From: a virus
Lineage: Duplodnaviria; Caudoviricetes
DNA: 60,442 bases
Direction: 5' to 3' (one strand)
IMG/VR virus record: IMGVR_UViG_3300035158_000136
Location: 1 to 60,442 of that record
The notes under the pieces were generated by a model. The model was not told where the DNA came from. It made no database searches and worked only from the letters and a program-made list of their open reading frames with translations. How positions within the stretch are numbered: the first letter of the stretch is position 1; each line of letters opens with the position of its first letter. Both the position numbers and the translations under genes were made by a program. Positions 8,582-18,400 of the stretch are shown here, one piece after another.

Positions 8582-8961
8582 AACGACGCACATTCATCAC
8601 GACCATCATGGCTTGCGGCCTTGCGGCTACACCGGCTGCGGCCGCTGTTTACCGTGGACCTTTCTATAGATTGCGATTTCGAAAAGCTCTCAAGCGAGTC
8701 ATTCGCGAGAAGCGAGCCGAAGCTCGGAGAAAGCGGAAAGAGGGCGAGATCACGGCTGCCCAGTACGACACGCTTGTCGCTGGTTTCGACAAGAAGGTTG
8801 CGTACAACGGTCGAGTTGCGACGGTCGCCGATCACGTCATGGACGAGTTGGACGTAGAGCTTTCCTGGTGGGAGAGCATCTACAACTGGATCATCGAAAA
8901 CTGGGACGAGATTCTTGCCTTGTTATTGAAACTCGTTCCTCTACTCCTCCTATTGCTTTGA
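8578..8961 (+). CDS. Basic protein with Tat-like signal and hydrophobic C-terminal anchor
   Basis: MKRRTFITTIMACGLAA; C-terminus WIIENWDEILALLLKLVPLLLLLL. Confidence 0.65.
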   Translation: MKRRTFITTIMACGLAATPAAAAVYRGPFYRLRFRKALKRVIREKRAEARRKRKEGEITAAQYDTLVAGFDKKVAYNGRVATVADHVMDELDVELSWWESIYNWIIENWDEILALLLKLVPLLLLLL

Positions 8962-8968
8962 GGGTATC

Positions 8969-9238
8969 ATGGCACGAAAGCGAAAGTTTGAGTTCGAAGC
9001 ATTTGAGGGCCTTTGTGATGTCTATGTCGAGGGCAATAAGGTCTTCGATTGCCACAATGCTCGGCACGGACAAATTTACCTTCACCTTGGCCAAGACTAT
9101 CCTGCCGAGCAGGTGACGATTGAGCCGCACGATCCGCGAGTCCCCATCCAGACGGACATTGTTGATGGTGAACCAGTACCGAAGGAGGAAGAGAAACCGA
9201 AGCGTCCGCCGACGCTTTCGGAATTACGACAGGGGTAA
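8969..9238 (+). CDS. Hypothetical protein
   Basis: GAGGG RBS; packed between neighbouring genes. Confidence 0.6.
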   Translation: MARKRKFEFEAFEGLCDVYVEGNKVFDCHNARHGQIYLHLGQDYPAEQVTIEPHDPRVPIQTDIVDGEPVPKEEEKPKRPPTLSELRQG

Positions 9239-9250
9239 GGAGGCGTTATC

Positions 9251-10888
9251 ATGCACGCTCTGGAGCAGGTATTTGCAGAAGTCTTCGCATCGGGTCTAAA
9301 ACGAAAAAGTGTGAAAACGTGCTCGCGATGGGCACAATCATACCGCGTACGTAAGGGACAACCATTCGGATTCGACCTGCATCCCTGGTCCAGAGCGATG
9401 CATGATTCGTCCGCGCCATTCAATGTCGGCATGAAGGCCGCACAGATGGCGTATACTGAGACTATGCTCAATCGTTCATTCTTCAAGATGGACATTGAGC
9501 AAGCCTCGGTACTTTATGTTTTTCCGAATCAAACACCAGACGCCTCAAACTTCAGTGCTGATCGATTTGATGCCGCATTAGACGAAAGTGAACATCTGCG
9601 TCGGATGTTCTCAGACGTTAAGAACGTCGGACACAAACGAGCAGGAGCAGCAAGTCTTTGGATCAGAGGATCGAGAAGCCGTAGCGGTTTGAAAGGTATC
9701 GATCCTGGCTTCGTCGTACTTGACGAAGTTGATGAAATGGATCAGGAGAAGATCCAGCTTGCTTTTAGACGTACAGATGGTCAGTTAGTCTCACAGATTT
9801 GGTGCATTTCGACACCAATTATCCCGGAGACGGGTGTTCACCAGATGTACCTGCAAACGACGCAGGAATCATGGTACTTCACTTGTCCGGTTTGTTGGAA
9901 AGATATTACACTGACTTATCCCGAATGCTTCGTGCTCATCGGGGAGAGTTTGCTTGATCCTAGAATCAAAGAGTCGCATATATGCTGCCCTCTTTGCAAG
10001 AAAAAGATCGAGCATGAGGATAAAATCAAAAGCCAGGTTGAGACAGGTCACTGGATTCCAAAGTTCGAAGGGCTGGAGAGGCGTGGATTCTATATCAATC
10101 AGCTTTCAAGCTGTGTGAAGACACCCGACAAGTTTGCAGCCACGGTGATTGAGGCTGAGACAAATCCGTCGGCTGAGCAGGAACTTTGGAATTCACTGGT
10201 CGGAATGCCGCATGTGGTGGCAGGAGCCCAGATTGAGGATCATCATTTTGACGATTGCTATGTCAAACGTCGGATGGATGATAAGCCACCCAACTACAAA
10301 ATCACAACGATGGGTTGCGACGTCGGAAAATGGCTACATTATGAGGTAACTGGCTGGCGTATTCCCAAGATGGGACCAGACCTCAATATGTTGGCTGAAG
10401 GCGAAATCATCAAGGTCGGAAAGGTTCAAAGATTTGAAGAACTTGCAATAATCATGCGAGAATATCAAGTCTTCTTTGCGGTCTTAGACAAGCAACCAGA
10501 AGAACGAGCCGTTTACGAATTTTGTTGTCGATTCTGGGGCCGAGTAAAACGTTGCCATTACGCTCGGGGAATCGGCAGTAAGAAGATGGTTGTAGCCGGT
10601 GCGGATGATGAACATCTCATCAGTGTTAATCGGACATTTTGGCTTGATACGAGCCTCGGTCGCGTCCGTTCAAAGCGATTGAAATTGCCGATTGATCTGC
10701 CAGGAGAGTATCGAACACACCTGAAAAATCTCGTGAAGAAATATGAAGAAGATGCGAGTGGCGATGACGTGTCGAAGTATATAAAGCGTGGTCCAGACCA
10801 CTACGCACATGCGAGAAACTATAGCGAGATGGCTCTACCACTGGCCGCGACTGTTGCAACAAACCAGAATATTCGGAGTTTCCTGTAA
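9251..10888 (+). CDS. Terminase large subunit, lambda GpA-type
   Basis: GMKAAQMAYTE (GpA KSAQxGxTE-like), Walker B VVLDEVD, ISTP motif, CPxC zinc motifs, nuclease MGCDVG and DHYAHA. Confidence 0.9.
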   Translation: MHALEQVFAEVFASGLKRKSVKTCSRWAQSYRVRKGQPFGFDLHPWSRAMHDSSAPFNVGMKAAQMAYTETMLNRSFFKMDIEQASVLYVFPNQTPDASNFSADRFDAALDESEHLRRMFSDVKNVGHKRAGAASLWIRGSRSRSGLKGIDPGFVVLDEVDEMDQEKIQLAFRRTDGQLVSQIWCISTPIIPETGVHQMYLQTTQESWYFTCPVCWKDITLTYPECFVLIGESLLDPRIKESHICCPLCKKKIEHEDKIKSQVETGHWIPKFEGLERRGFYINQLSSCVKTPDKFAATVIEAETNPSAEQELWNSLVGMPHVVAGAQIEDHHFDDCYVKRRMDDKPPNYKITTMGCDVGKWLHYEVTGWRIPKMGPDLNMLAEGEIIKVGKVQRFEELAIIMREYQVFFAVLDKQPEERAVYEFCCRFWGRVKRCHYARGIGSKKMVVAGADDEHLISVNRTFWLDTSLGRVRSKRLKLPIDLPGEYRTHLKNLVKKYEEDASGDDVSKYIKRGPDHYAHARNYSEMALPLAATVATNQNIRSFL

Positions 10889-12702
10889 TGGCCGACAAGA
10901 AAAAGTTCAGCATCCAGAATTCCGTTCACCCAGAGTATTTGGAACGCTCTGCGGAATGGGATAAATTCCGGTACGTGATGAAGGGCGGCGAAGACTTCAT
11001 CGAGCAGTATGTGGAGCAATTCTGCGATGCCGAAGGGACTCCTGATTTTAACCGCAGAAAACGGATCACGCCCATCGGCGGTTTTGCCAAAGCGGCGGTC
11101 ATGGATGTGAAAAACTCGATTTTTCAACGTATGGGTGCGATCAAACGCACGGGTGGGACAGAAAGCTGGCACAGAGCAACGAACCAAGGCAAGCTCGGCG
11201 GTGTCGATCTTGAAGGATCGACAATGAACCACTTCATCGGCACCAAGGTCTTGCCCGAGCTTCTAGCGATGGGTAAGGTTGGCGTTTACGTCGATAATCA
11301 TCGTATCAACGAGAAACGTACACTACGAGACAAGCAGGAGCAACATCCGTATCTGTATACGTTTGTTGCGGAAGACATCCGAAACTGGGAGTATTTCCTC
11401 AGAGGGTCTGAACTTCGGCTCGCGCAAGTTTTGCTCCGGGTAAGAAGCGAAATCAAAGAGACATACTACGGTATGTACGCCGATTACGCTGAACAGTACC
11501 GGCACTACTACATTGACAGCGAAGGCATTGTTTGGTGCCAGACGTACAACGCCGAAGGGTCGCAAACGGACATTTATGGCGATCCGAGCAATCCTGAGCC
11601 GGTTGAGCTTGAACTCAATGAGATCCCATTCGTTATTCTTGAGCTACAGTCGTCACTCCTACAGGACATTGCGAATCATCAAATTGCCATAACGAACATG
11701 GAATCGGCCGACGTGGCATATGCGCTGCGATCGAACGTTCCGTTCTACACGGAGCAATTTGACCAGAAGTTTGAAGCTGCTCAGAATATGAGCAACGAAG
11801 ATTATTACAATGTCCACGAGTATGACGAGGACAATTCGGACCAGGAGCAACGACCCGACAATCCGAAGACCATCAAGGTTGGTTCGACGGATGGTCGGCG
11901 TTACCCGATTGGTGTTGATCGTCCTGGCTTCATCCACCCGTCATCTGAACCACTTCAGATTTCGATGGAGAAGCAGAAAGCCCTCAAGGATGATATCCGT
12001 ACACTCGTTAACTTGGCTGTTGCGAACACGCGATCACGATTCGCGTCAGCCGAATCAAAACAAATGGATGAACGTGGTTTGGAATCGGGCCTCTCGGCCA
12101 TTGGTTTGGTGCTTGAGCATGGCGAAAGACGTGTTGGTGAGTTATGGTCTGATTATGAGGATTCGAGGAAACCATTGACTGTGCGGTATCCTGAGCGCTA
12201 TTCTCTTCGTTCAGACGAGGATAGGCGGAAAGATGCTGAACAACTTTCTAATAGCTCTTCCGATGTTGCTTCTCCTACATTCAGGAAGGCCATTCAAAAA
12301 GAAATCGCCAGCATCCTGCTTGGAGGAAAGGTCTCTGACGAGGAGTTTGACAAAATTATTGCCGAAATCAACGATTCACGATATCCTACCGCCGATCCGG
12401 AGCAAATCCGATCGGACGCGGAAATCGGACTCGTCTCAAGAGAAACGGCGTCCCTAGCTCGTAATTGGCCCAAAGGTGAAGCCGAGAAGGCCAAGAAGGA
12501 GAAAGAGGATGCTGAACTCATGAGAATGAAAGCACAGAGTAAGGGTTTCGGTGAGACCGATAATCCTGGTGCTCGCGGTTTGGAGGTTGACTCAGAGGGG
12601 GCAAAACTAGAAAAGCAACAATCACAAGACCCTGAGAATGATCCCGACGGCAAGCGGCGGGTGAGGGGTCGTGACAAGAGGAGACGAAAGAATGGCGGCT
12701 AA
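10888..12702 (+). CDS. Portal protein
   Basis: 604 aa directly after TerL; HPEY...W...RYVMKGG N-terminus, SAESKQMD motif and helical content typical of portals. Confidence 0.8.
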   Translation: MADKKKFSIQNSVHPEYLERSAEWDKFRYVMKGGEDFIEQYVEQFCDAEGTPDFNRRKRITPIGGFAKAAVMDVKNSIFQRMGAIKRTGGTESWHRATNQGKLGGVDLEGSTMNHFIGTKVLPELLAMGKVGVYVDNHRINEKRTLRDKQEQHPYLYTFVAEDIRNWEYFLRGSELRLAQVLLRVRSEIKETYYGMYADYAEQYRHYYIDSEGIVWCQTYNAEGSQTDIYGDPSNPEPVELELNEIPFVILELQSSLLQDIANHQIAITNMESADVAYALRSNVPFYTEQFDQKFEAAQNMSNEDYYNVHEYDEDNSDQEQRPDNPKTIKVGSTDGRRYPIGVDRPGFIHPSSEPLQISMEKQKALKDDIRTLVNLAVANTRSRFASAESKQMDERGLESGLSAIGLVLEHGERRVGELWSDYEDSRKPLTVRYPERYSLRSDEDRRKDAEQLSNSSSDVASPTFRKAIQKEIASILLGGKVSDEEFDKIIAEINDSRYPTADPEQIRSDAEIGLVSRETASLARNWPKGEAEKAKKEKEDAELMRMKAQSKGFGETDNPGARGLEVDSEGAKLEKQQSQDPENDPDGKRRVRGRDKRRRKNGG

Positions 12703-12925
12703 CTACCCGACGAGTGTTTGGGACGGTACTTCTGACAGCCGACCCAATGCTGATGTGTACCGTGCTCCCGACGCGGCCGACTATGCTCAGCTGCGTGCGG
12801 AAGTGGAGGCGATTCAAACGCAATTGGTTCCCTTGGGGATTCCCGCGAATGGCGTGCTTCCGACGTCCAACCCGGGCGCTGGCAAGCTCTGGAACAACAC
12901 CAACGTCGTCAATGTGGGTACCTAG
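12692..12925 (+). CDS. Small virion protein (WDGxSxxRP motif)
   Basis: SVWDGTSDSRP...RAPDAADY resembles the N-terminus of the next ORF. Confidence 0.65.
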   Translation: MAANYPTSVWDGTSDSRPNADVYRAPDAADYAQLRAEVEAIQTQLVPLGIPANGVLPTSNPGAGKLWNNTNVVNVGT

Positions 12926-12934
12926 GTTTGAAAC

Positions 12935-13429
12935 ATGTCTATCAATACGATTTGGGATGGGTCGAGTGAAACACGCCCCGATCCCAGTGTATTACGAGAA
13001 CCAGACGCATATGACTACCGCCGAATTGTTCGTGAACTGCAAGAGACACAAGAAACCGTAATCGAAGCGATAGAGCTTGCATACGCAATTGCGGCGGTAG
13101 ACATTGCTTCTGGCAATCTCATTACAGTGAATGGGAGCGGTGAGGTTGTTCTCGCTGATTTTAGAATCAGCGGCGTGGTATCAGGGATGGCCATACAGGA
13201 CGTAAAGATTGGCGATGGAGTGCCTTTCATACGGACTGGCCGCGTACATCGCGAGGATTGGACGTCAATCATTGGTAATCCGAAACTTGAAGCAGGATCG
13301 GAATACTTTTTGGATTACGATGGTTTCATGACAACAATGCCGCCAACCACTGGCTACGTTGTCAAGGTAGGACAGGCTATAACGCCTGAATTGTTCAGTT
13401 TGTTGATTTTCAACTCAGTGAGGTTATAA
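12935..13429 (+). CDS. Head fibre/decoration-like protein (DUF2190-like fold)
   Basis: VVLAD...VSGMA...TGRV...L.AGSEYFL...G.MT...P...GYVVKVGQA pattern. Confidence 0.6.
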   Translation: MSINTIWDGSSETRPDPSVLREPDAYDYRRIVRELQETQETVIEAIELAYAIAAVDIASGNLITVNGSGEVVLADFRISGVVSGMAIQDVKIGDGVPFIRTGRVHREDWTSIIGNPKLEAGSEYFLDYDGFMTTMPPTTGYVVKVGQAITPELFSLLIFNSVRL

Positions 13430-13899
13430 TGGCAACAAAGAAACCACTAGTCCTGACGAATGGCCAGATCGAGCAGTTGCAAGATGGCGACCAGATCGAT
13501 CTTCGTAATACCGTTCCAAGGACTAACGACGATGGTGCTAACCCGATTCCGATTTGTACTCCTGTCTATGCGGTCTCTGCAACCAATGTTGACAAAGCCC
13601 AAGCGGACGCGCAGGGTACGATTCGTGTCAAGGGGCTTGCTGCGGAAACCATTGCGGCCGCAGGATCGGGTGAGATTATGGTTGATGGTATCCTTGAAGC
13701 GACGACGGGCGAATGGGATACGGTCACAGGTGAAACCGGCGGACTTACGCCAGGAGCAAACTATTTCCTCGATGCAGCCTCCGCTGGAGAATTGACTCAG
13801 ACCGCGCCGAGCGGTGCCGGCGAATTCGTCGTGCGCGTGGGTCACGCTCTCTCCACGACTGAGTTTGAAATCGAGATGCAACAGCCGATCAAGCTGTGA
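13429..13899 (+). CDS. Head fibre/decoration-like protein, paralogous to the previous gene
   Basis: KAQADA...VKGLA...LTPGANYFL...GELTQTAP...VVRVGHA. Confidence 0.6.
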   Translation: MATKKPLVLTNGQIEQLQDGDQIDLRNTVPRTNDDGANPIPICTPVYAVSATNVDKAQADAQGTIRVKGLAAETIAAAGSGEIMVDGILEATTGEWDTVTGETGGLTPGANYFLDAASAGELTQTAPSGAGEFVVRVGHALSTTEFEIEMQQPIKL

Positions 13900-14318
13900 G
13901 TGGTCTTGAACCGCTTGCGATTGTTGCCGGCCAAATCGAAAATGTTGGAAAACGACGCACTCAAATTAGTAAAATCAACATTGGACCACGAGAAACAATC
14001 AACGTTTCAGGTGCTGTTGCTGTACCAGACGTCATAAACACTTCTTCATGGGTTCGCATTCGCGGTACTGACGCTACGCGTACGACAATTCAGACGATTC
14101 TTGGTGGTGAAGACGGTGATCTTTTGTTCGTGAATGGACGGAACATTCGCATGATGGGCGGTGGAAATCTCCGCTTACAAGGTGCGTTTAACATGGATGG
14201 TTCGATGATGATTGTTTTCATCTACCACGGGTCGAACAATTACTGGTTTGAGTATAGCCGCAAACAGATAGCTAACGAGGTAAGTCATGGCTTACTACGG
14301 AACTCTAGTCGCCGCTGA
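13896..14318 (+). CDS. Hypothetical structural protein
   Basis: GTGA overlap with the upstream gene; the N-terminus PLAIVAGQIE resembles PLVLTNGQIE of 13429. Confidence 0.6.
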   Translation: MSGLEPLAIVAGQIENVGKRRTQISKINIGPRETINVSGAVAVPDVINTSSWVRIRGTDATRTTIQTILGGEDGDLLFVNGRNIRMMGGGNLRLQGAFNMDGSMMIVFIYHGSNNYWFEYSRKQIANEVSHGLLRNSSRR

Positions 14319-14748
14319 TCTTTACTTCAATGAGCGTCTGCACATCTTTGCATGGGAAGACGCGACTGAAGATCAACGTGAACGTGCTTTGGCTGAGGCT
14401 TCTCGTCGAATTGATCGGCTGAAGTTCCGTGGTGAAAAGGCCGATTCGACTCAGGAATTGGAATGGCCACGTGCCAATGCGATCGGTTTCGAAGATGACG
14501 AAATTCCCGAAGCTGTGAAGATTGCGACCTACGAATCTGCATACGCATTGCTGGACGGTGTAGATCCAGACCAAGAGTACGAGAACCTGGCTGCAGTGGC
14601 CGAAGGTTACAGTAGTGCGCGGACAACCTACTCTCGCACCACTGTCCCCGAGCATTTTGTTGCCGGAATTCCGAGCGCACTTGCTTGGCGGTATTTGAAA
14701 CCGCTTCTTGGCAACACGAGGGGAATCCGATTAAGTAGGGTATCTTAA
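14287..14748 (+). CDS. Head-tail adaptor/connector
   Basis: YYGTLVAADLYF...W...ALAEASRRIDRL.FRG.K...Q.LEWPR...IPEAVK.A pattern of phage adaptor proteins. Confidence 0.7.
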   Translation: MAYYGTLVAADLYFNERLHIFAWEDATEDQRERALAEASRRIDRLKFRGEKADSTQELEWPRANAIGFEDDEIPEAVKIATYESAYALLDGVDPDQEYENLAAVAEGYSSARTTYSRTTVPEHFVAGIPSALAWRYLKPLLGNTRGIRLSRVS

Positions 14749-14758
14749 GGATACAGCT

Positions 14759-15625
14759 ATGCACTTTGATCTTATGCTCAATCGGGCACGTTTTGTTGGT
14801 TTCGATGGTGACGGTGGTGACGGCGGAGCCGGTGGTGGTGACGGCGGAGCCGGCGGTAGCGGTGGTGGCGATGGCGGTGGAGGCGACGGTGGTGCCGGTG
14901 GTGGCAGTGGCAAGACATACACGCAAGAAGAATTTGATTCTCATATGGCCGGTCTTCGCCGGAAGTATGAGGAGCAAGGCAGGCAAACTCAGCGTGAACT
15001 GGCTACCCAACTGGCCGAGGCGAGAAAGAATTCGTCGCTCTCCGAGGAAGAACGGACAACTCTGACCAAGCGAATCGAGGAATTAGAGAATCAATACCTC
15101 ACGGACAAGGAAAAGTCCGATCGAGCAGCGAAAGCAAAGCAGGAGGAATACGACAGTACGGTACAGAACCTCACAACCGAGCGAGATCGCTGGCGTCGTG
15201 ACTTTGAGCACGAGACCGTGAGGAACCTGATTGTCGCTTCTGCTGCGAAGAACAAAGCATGTGATGCGAGTCAAATTGCAGCGATCGTTGGACCGATGAT
15301 TGAGTTCAAAGATGTTGTGGATGATGCTGGACAAAACACTGGCCAAGTCGCTCCCATAGTCAAGTTCCCCGACGTTGACACGGAGAGCGAGAAGCCCATT
15401 ACCATGGAATACTCCGTCGAAGAGGCGGTGAAGCGGATGACCGAACTTCCGCAATACTTCAACCTGTTTGAAGACACCATGAAGTCTGGGCTCGGTGGTC
15501 AGGGTAGTTCAGGAACTCCGAAGGGCAAAATCGACGTGCGAAAGCTCGCTTCGGAAAATCCAGCCGAATATCGGCGGCTGCGTAGAGAGAAACCGGAGCT
15601 TCTCTACGGCAGTATGGAGCGATAG
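14759..15625 (+). CDS. Capsid scaffolding protein
   Basis: Gly/Asp-rich linker, KTYTQEEFD motif and coiled coil; directly upstream of the capsid gene. Confidence 0.8.
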   Translation: MHFDLMLNRARFVGFDGDGGDGGAGGGDGGAGGSGGGDGGGGDGGAGGGSGKTYTQEEFDSHMAGLRRKYEEQGRQTQRELATQLAEARKNSSLSEEERTTLTKRIEELENQYLTDKEKSDRAAKAKQEEYDSTVQNLTTERDRWRRDFEHETVRNLIVASAAKNKACDASQIAAIVGPMIEFKDVVDDAGQNTGQVAPIVKFPDVDTESEKPITMEYSVEEAVKRMTELPQYFNLFEDTMKSGLGGQGSSGTPKGKIDVRKLASENPAEYRRLRREKPELLYGSMER

Positions 15626-15682
15626 TCCGGGATCGTTTGATTTCAAAATCAAGTTTGTCCCGTGAAAACAGTGAGGACTGCA

Positions 15683-17101
15683 ATGTACGTTCTTGGAAAA
15701 GCACGCTTTGTCGGTTACGACAACAGCCTTGATGCTTGGGTGCCTGAGGTTTGGGCACAGGAAACGTTGGCCATTCTCGAAGAGAACATGGTCATCGGCA
15801 ATCTCGTTCACCGTGATTTCTCTGATGAAGTCAGCGAATTCGGTGATGTTGTTAACACGCGACGTCCGAATGAGTACGTTGCGAAGCGTAAGGGTGCGAA
15901 TGACGACGTAACGGTTCAGGCGTCTTCGGCGACAAACGTCGCGGTCGAGCTGAATCAGCACGTCCACACGTCGTTCACGATCAAGGATAGCGAGCAGAGC
16001 CTCAGCTTCCAGGATCTGATCCGTGTGCACCTGAACCCCGCCGCGTTGTCGATCGCTCGAAAGATCGACCGCATTCTCATGAACCAGGTCTACCAGTACC
16101 TGGGGAACGCCGTTGGCGACCTGGAAGGTCTGAATGTTACGAATGTCAAGCGCACGATGCTTGAACTCGGCCAGAAGATGGACGAGAACAAGGCATGGGT
16201 GGACGGCCGTAACTTGATCGTCGCTCCCGCGACGAAGACCGACATCTTGGAGCTGGATCTGTTCAACGCTGCCGACAAGATTGGCGACGACGGGACGGCT
16301 CTGCGCCGGGCCAGCCTCGGTGAATTGCTCGGCTTCAACGTTGTGATGGCTCAGAACACGCCCAGCTTGCTGGCGGCCTCCTTGGAGACGCTTCAGGCTG
16401 ACGAGCTGTCCGCGGACGCGGCCGCTGGTGCTACCGTGATTTCGGTGGACAGTGGTGCTGGCTTCGCGGTCGGTGAGTACATCACGCTTGAAGGCGATCT
16501 CATGCCTTACCGGATCACTGGTATCGCTACCAATGATCTTACCCTCAACCGTCCGCTGCGTGTTGCCGTTCCGGCTTCGGCTTCCGACATCCAACAGACC
16601 TCGACGGGTACTGTGGACTTGGCTGGCCACGCTGGTGTGTCGGCTTACCCGGCTGGCTACGACAAGGAAATCCAGGTCGATGGCACTGGCGTTCCTTACG
16701 AAGGTCAGTTGGTGAGCTTCAACACCGCCGGTACGCCCAACGTCGCGCTGTCGGGTGAGTACGGTATCGTCGATGTGACGAGCCTCGGTGGTGGTAAGTA
16801 CCACATCGAATTGGATCGTCCGCTCGAAACGGCGATTGCCGATGGTGACGTTGTGGGTTACGGTCACGCCGGCTCTTACAACTTCGCCATGCACCGTAAC
16901 GCTCTGGCGATGGTAATGCGACCGCTCGCTCCTCCGCGTCGGGGTGCTGGTGCCATCAGTGGTACGGCCACCTTCAACGGTTTGGCCATGCGTACCACGA
17001 TCAGCTACGAAGGTCGTGGCCAGGGTCACCTGGTGACGATGGACGTGCTGTTCGGCTCCAAGGTGCTCGACACGAACTTGGGTGCTTGCATGCTTGGCTG
17101 A
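15683..17101 (+). CDS. Major capsid protein (P22 coat-like HK97 fold with insertion domains)
   Basis: PEVWAQE.L..L...V...V.RDF...FGDVVN, LARKID-like helix, G.LLGF.V, C-terminal MDVLFG.KVL. Strong codon bias; GTGAGGA RBS before the ATG at 15683. Confidence 0.9.
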   Translation: MYVLGKARFVGYDNSLDAWVPEVWAQETLAILEENMVIGNLVHRDFSDEVSEFGDVVNTRRPNEYVAKRKGANDDVTVQASSATNVAVELNQHVHTSFTIKDSEQSLSFQDLIRVHLNPAALSIARKIDRILMNQVYQYLGNAVGDLEGLNVTNVKRTMLELGQKMDENKAWVDGRNLIVAPATKTDILELDLFNAADKIGDDGTALRRASLGELLGFNVVMAQNTPSLLAASLETLQADELSADAAAGATVISVDSGAGFAVGEYITLEGDLMPYRITGIATNDLTLNRPLRVAVPASASDIQQTSTGTVDLAGHAGVSAYPAGYDKEIQVDGTGVPYEGQLVSFNTAGTPNVALSGEYGIVDVTSLGGGKYHIELDRPLETAIADGDVVGYGHAGSYNFAMHRNALAMVMRPLAPPRRGAGAISGTATFNGLAMRTTISYEGRGQGHLVTMDVLFGSKVLDTNLGACMLG

Positions 17102-17112
17102 TCTTGTCTGAG

Positions 17113-17153
17113 GCCGCTCCCGCCCGTTTAGGCGGGCGGGAGTTGGCTTTTTT
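17113..17153 (+). terminator. Rho-independent terminator after the capsid gene
   Basis: CTCCCGCCCG-TTTAGG-CGGGCGGGAG followed by TTTTTT. Confidence 0.85.
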
Positions 17154-17169
17154 CTCGAAGGAGCCTAGC

Positions 17170-17406
17170 ATGAGTAACACCGAAGCTGACATTGCTGTTA
17201 TCAAGAACGAAGTCAAAAACATGCACGAGAAGCTGGATGCAGCGCTCGAAGCTGTTTACGGTTCTGATAGCAAGCCTGGTCTCGTGATTGACGTCGATCG
17301 TTTGAAGCAGAGTGATGCTCGGCGGACGTGGTTGATTCGTACCTTGGTTGCTGCGATGGCTGCTCTCGGTCTGCAAGGCTTAGCCGCACGATTCGGATGG
17401 TTCTGA
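17170..17406 (+). CDS. Small coiled-coil protein with a C-terminal TM helix (XhlA/holin-like)
   Basis: AAGGAG RBS; coiled coil followed by WLIRTLVAAMAALGL. Confidence 0.6.
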   Translation: MSNTEADIAVIKNEVKNMHEKLDAALEAVYGSDSKPGLVIDVDRLKQSDARRTWLIRTLVAAMAALGLQGLAARFGWF

Positions 17407-17407
17407 A

Positions 17408-17911
17408 ATGTCACAGCCTCAGAGAAATACACGTTTCATTCGTCGTGTCCTGTATAGCTTGAAAAGGCGATACGGGGGTAAGGTGACATTCCATCAAAGC
17501 AACGAAGGTAACAACTACCGAACCGGAAAGAAATCTGTTTCCAAAGATGTTTGGCAATTTAACCATGTAATCGTTCTCCCTTCTGTTCAAAGCACCAAAT
17601 TCATTTATGATTTGTCTTTTATCGCAAACAACAAAGAATTCACAATGGGAGGCTTCTTTGACACATCAAAACGTAAATTGATTTTAGACGCAAGAGATGC
17701 AGATCGTCAAGACTACGAACCGAAACAGCGTCACTACTTTACGTTGGATGGTAAGCGTTGGGAAGTGACCGAAGTGCATAAATTTGAATTTAACACCGGC
17801 TGGTTGATAGTCGGGACTGAAGTTACTGGAGCACCTATTCGAGAAGTTCACATGGAAAAAGCACGTAACCGTGCGATCTTCTCAGATGGTGCGAGTGTGG
17901 AGGTATTGTAA
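17408..17911 (+). CDS. Head-closure/head-tail joining protein
   Basis: Gene position and a beta-barrel-like pattern (FTLDGKRWEV). Confidence 0.55.
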   Translation: MSQPQRNTRFIRRVLYSLKRRYGGKVTFHQSNEGNNYRTGKKSVSKDVWQFNHVIVLPSVQSTKFIYDLSFIANNKEFTMGGFFDTSKRKLILDARDADRQDYEPKQRHYFTLDGKRWEVTEVHKFEFNTGWLIVGTEVTGAPIREVHMEKARNRAIFSDGASVEVL

Positions 17912-18399
17912 TGACCGTCCAAGGTAATCCAGACTGGGACCGGTGGATCTTTGCTACGATGTCGGGGGACTTCGCGCAGCAGTTCGACACCGATCACCAA
18001 GTCTTTGTTGAGGGCACGCACAGAGGGCTGCCCGATGATACGGAATTAGTCGAGTTCCGTTTAGACGGTCCAGACCAGAAGCAGCCTAGTAAAGGCTACT
18101 TCATTCTTGAGTGTGAAATCAATATTCTCTGCCGCTCATACATGGACGATGATGACTTCCATAAAATGCGTAAGTTGGTCGGCGAAGTCAAATCCTGGCT
18201 TGGCCAAGACCACTGCATCTACCGCTACGGGGACGGGCCGAATGACGACGATTCACTCCTCGGCACTTTGCAGTTGAAGAATCGGGGGCCTAGAAACACG
18301 GTGCGTGTGAACCATTTTGGTCAGATCGACCAAAAGTACCGTGTCGAAGAGGCAACCGTTGCAGCGTCTTTTGAGATTCATCTCAACGAAGGAGACTAA
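17911..18399 (+). CDS. Tail terminator-like protein
   Basis: Acidic 162-aa protein immediately before the tail tube gene. Confidence 0.55.
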   Translation: MTVQGNPDWDRWIFATMSGDFAQQFDTDHQVFVEGTHRGLPDDTELVEFRLDGPDQKQPSKGYFILECEINILCRSYMDDDDFHKMRKLVGEVKSWLGQDHCIYRYGDGPNDDDSLLGTLQLKNRGPRNTVRVNHFGQIDQKYRVEEATVAASFEIHLNEGD

Positions 18400-18400
18400 C

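Noticed and set aside
14800-14912. GGTGGCGAC-type tandem repeats / Pro-rich antisense ORF
   Set aside because: Simply encodes the Gly/Asp linker of the scaffold protein.
15509-17029. 506-aa minus-strand ORF
   Set aside because: Antisense shadow of the codon-biased capsid gene; no recognisable motifs.
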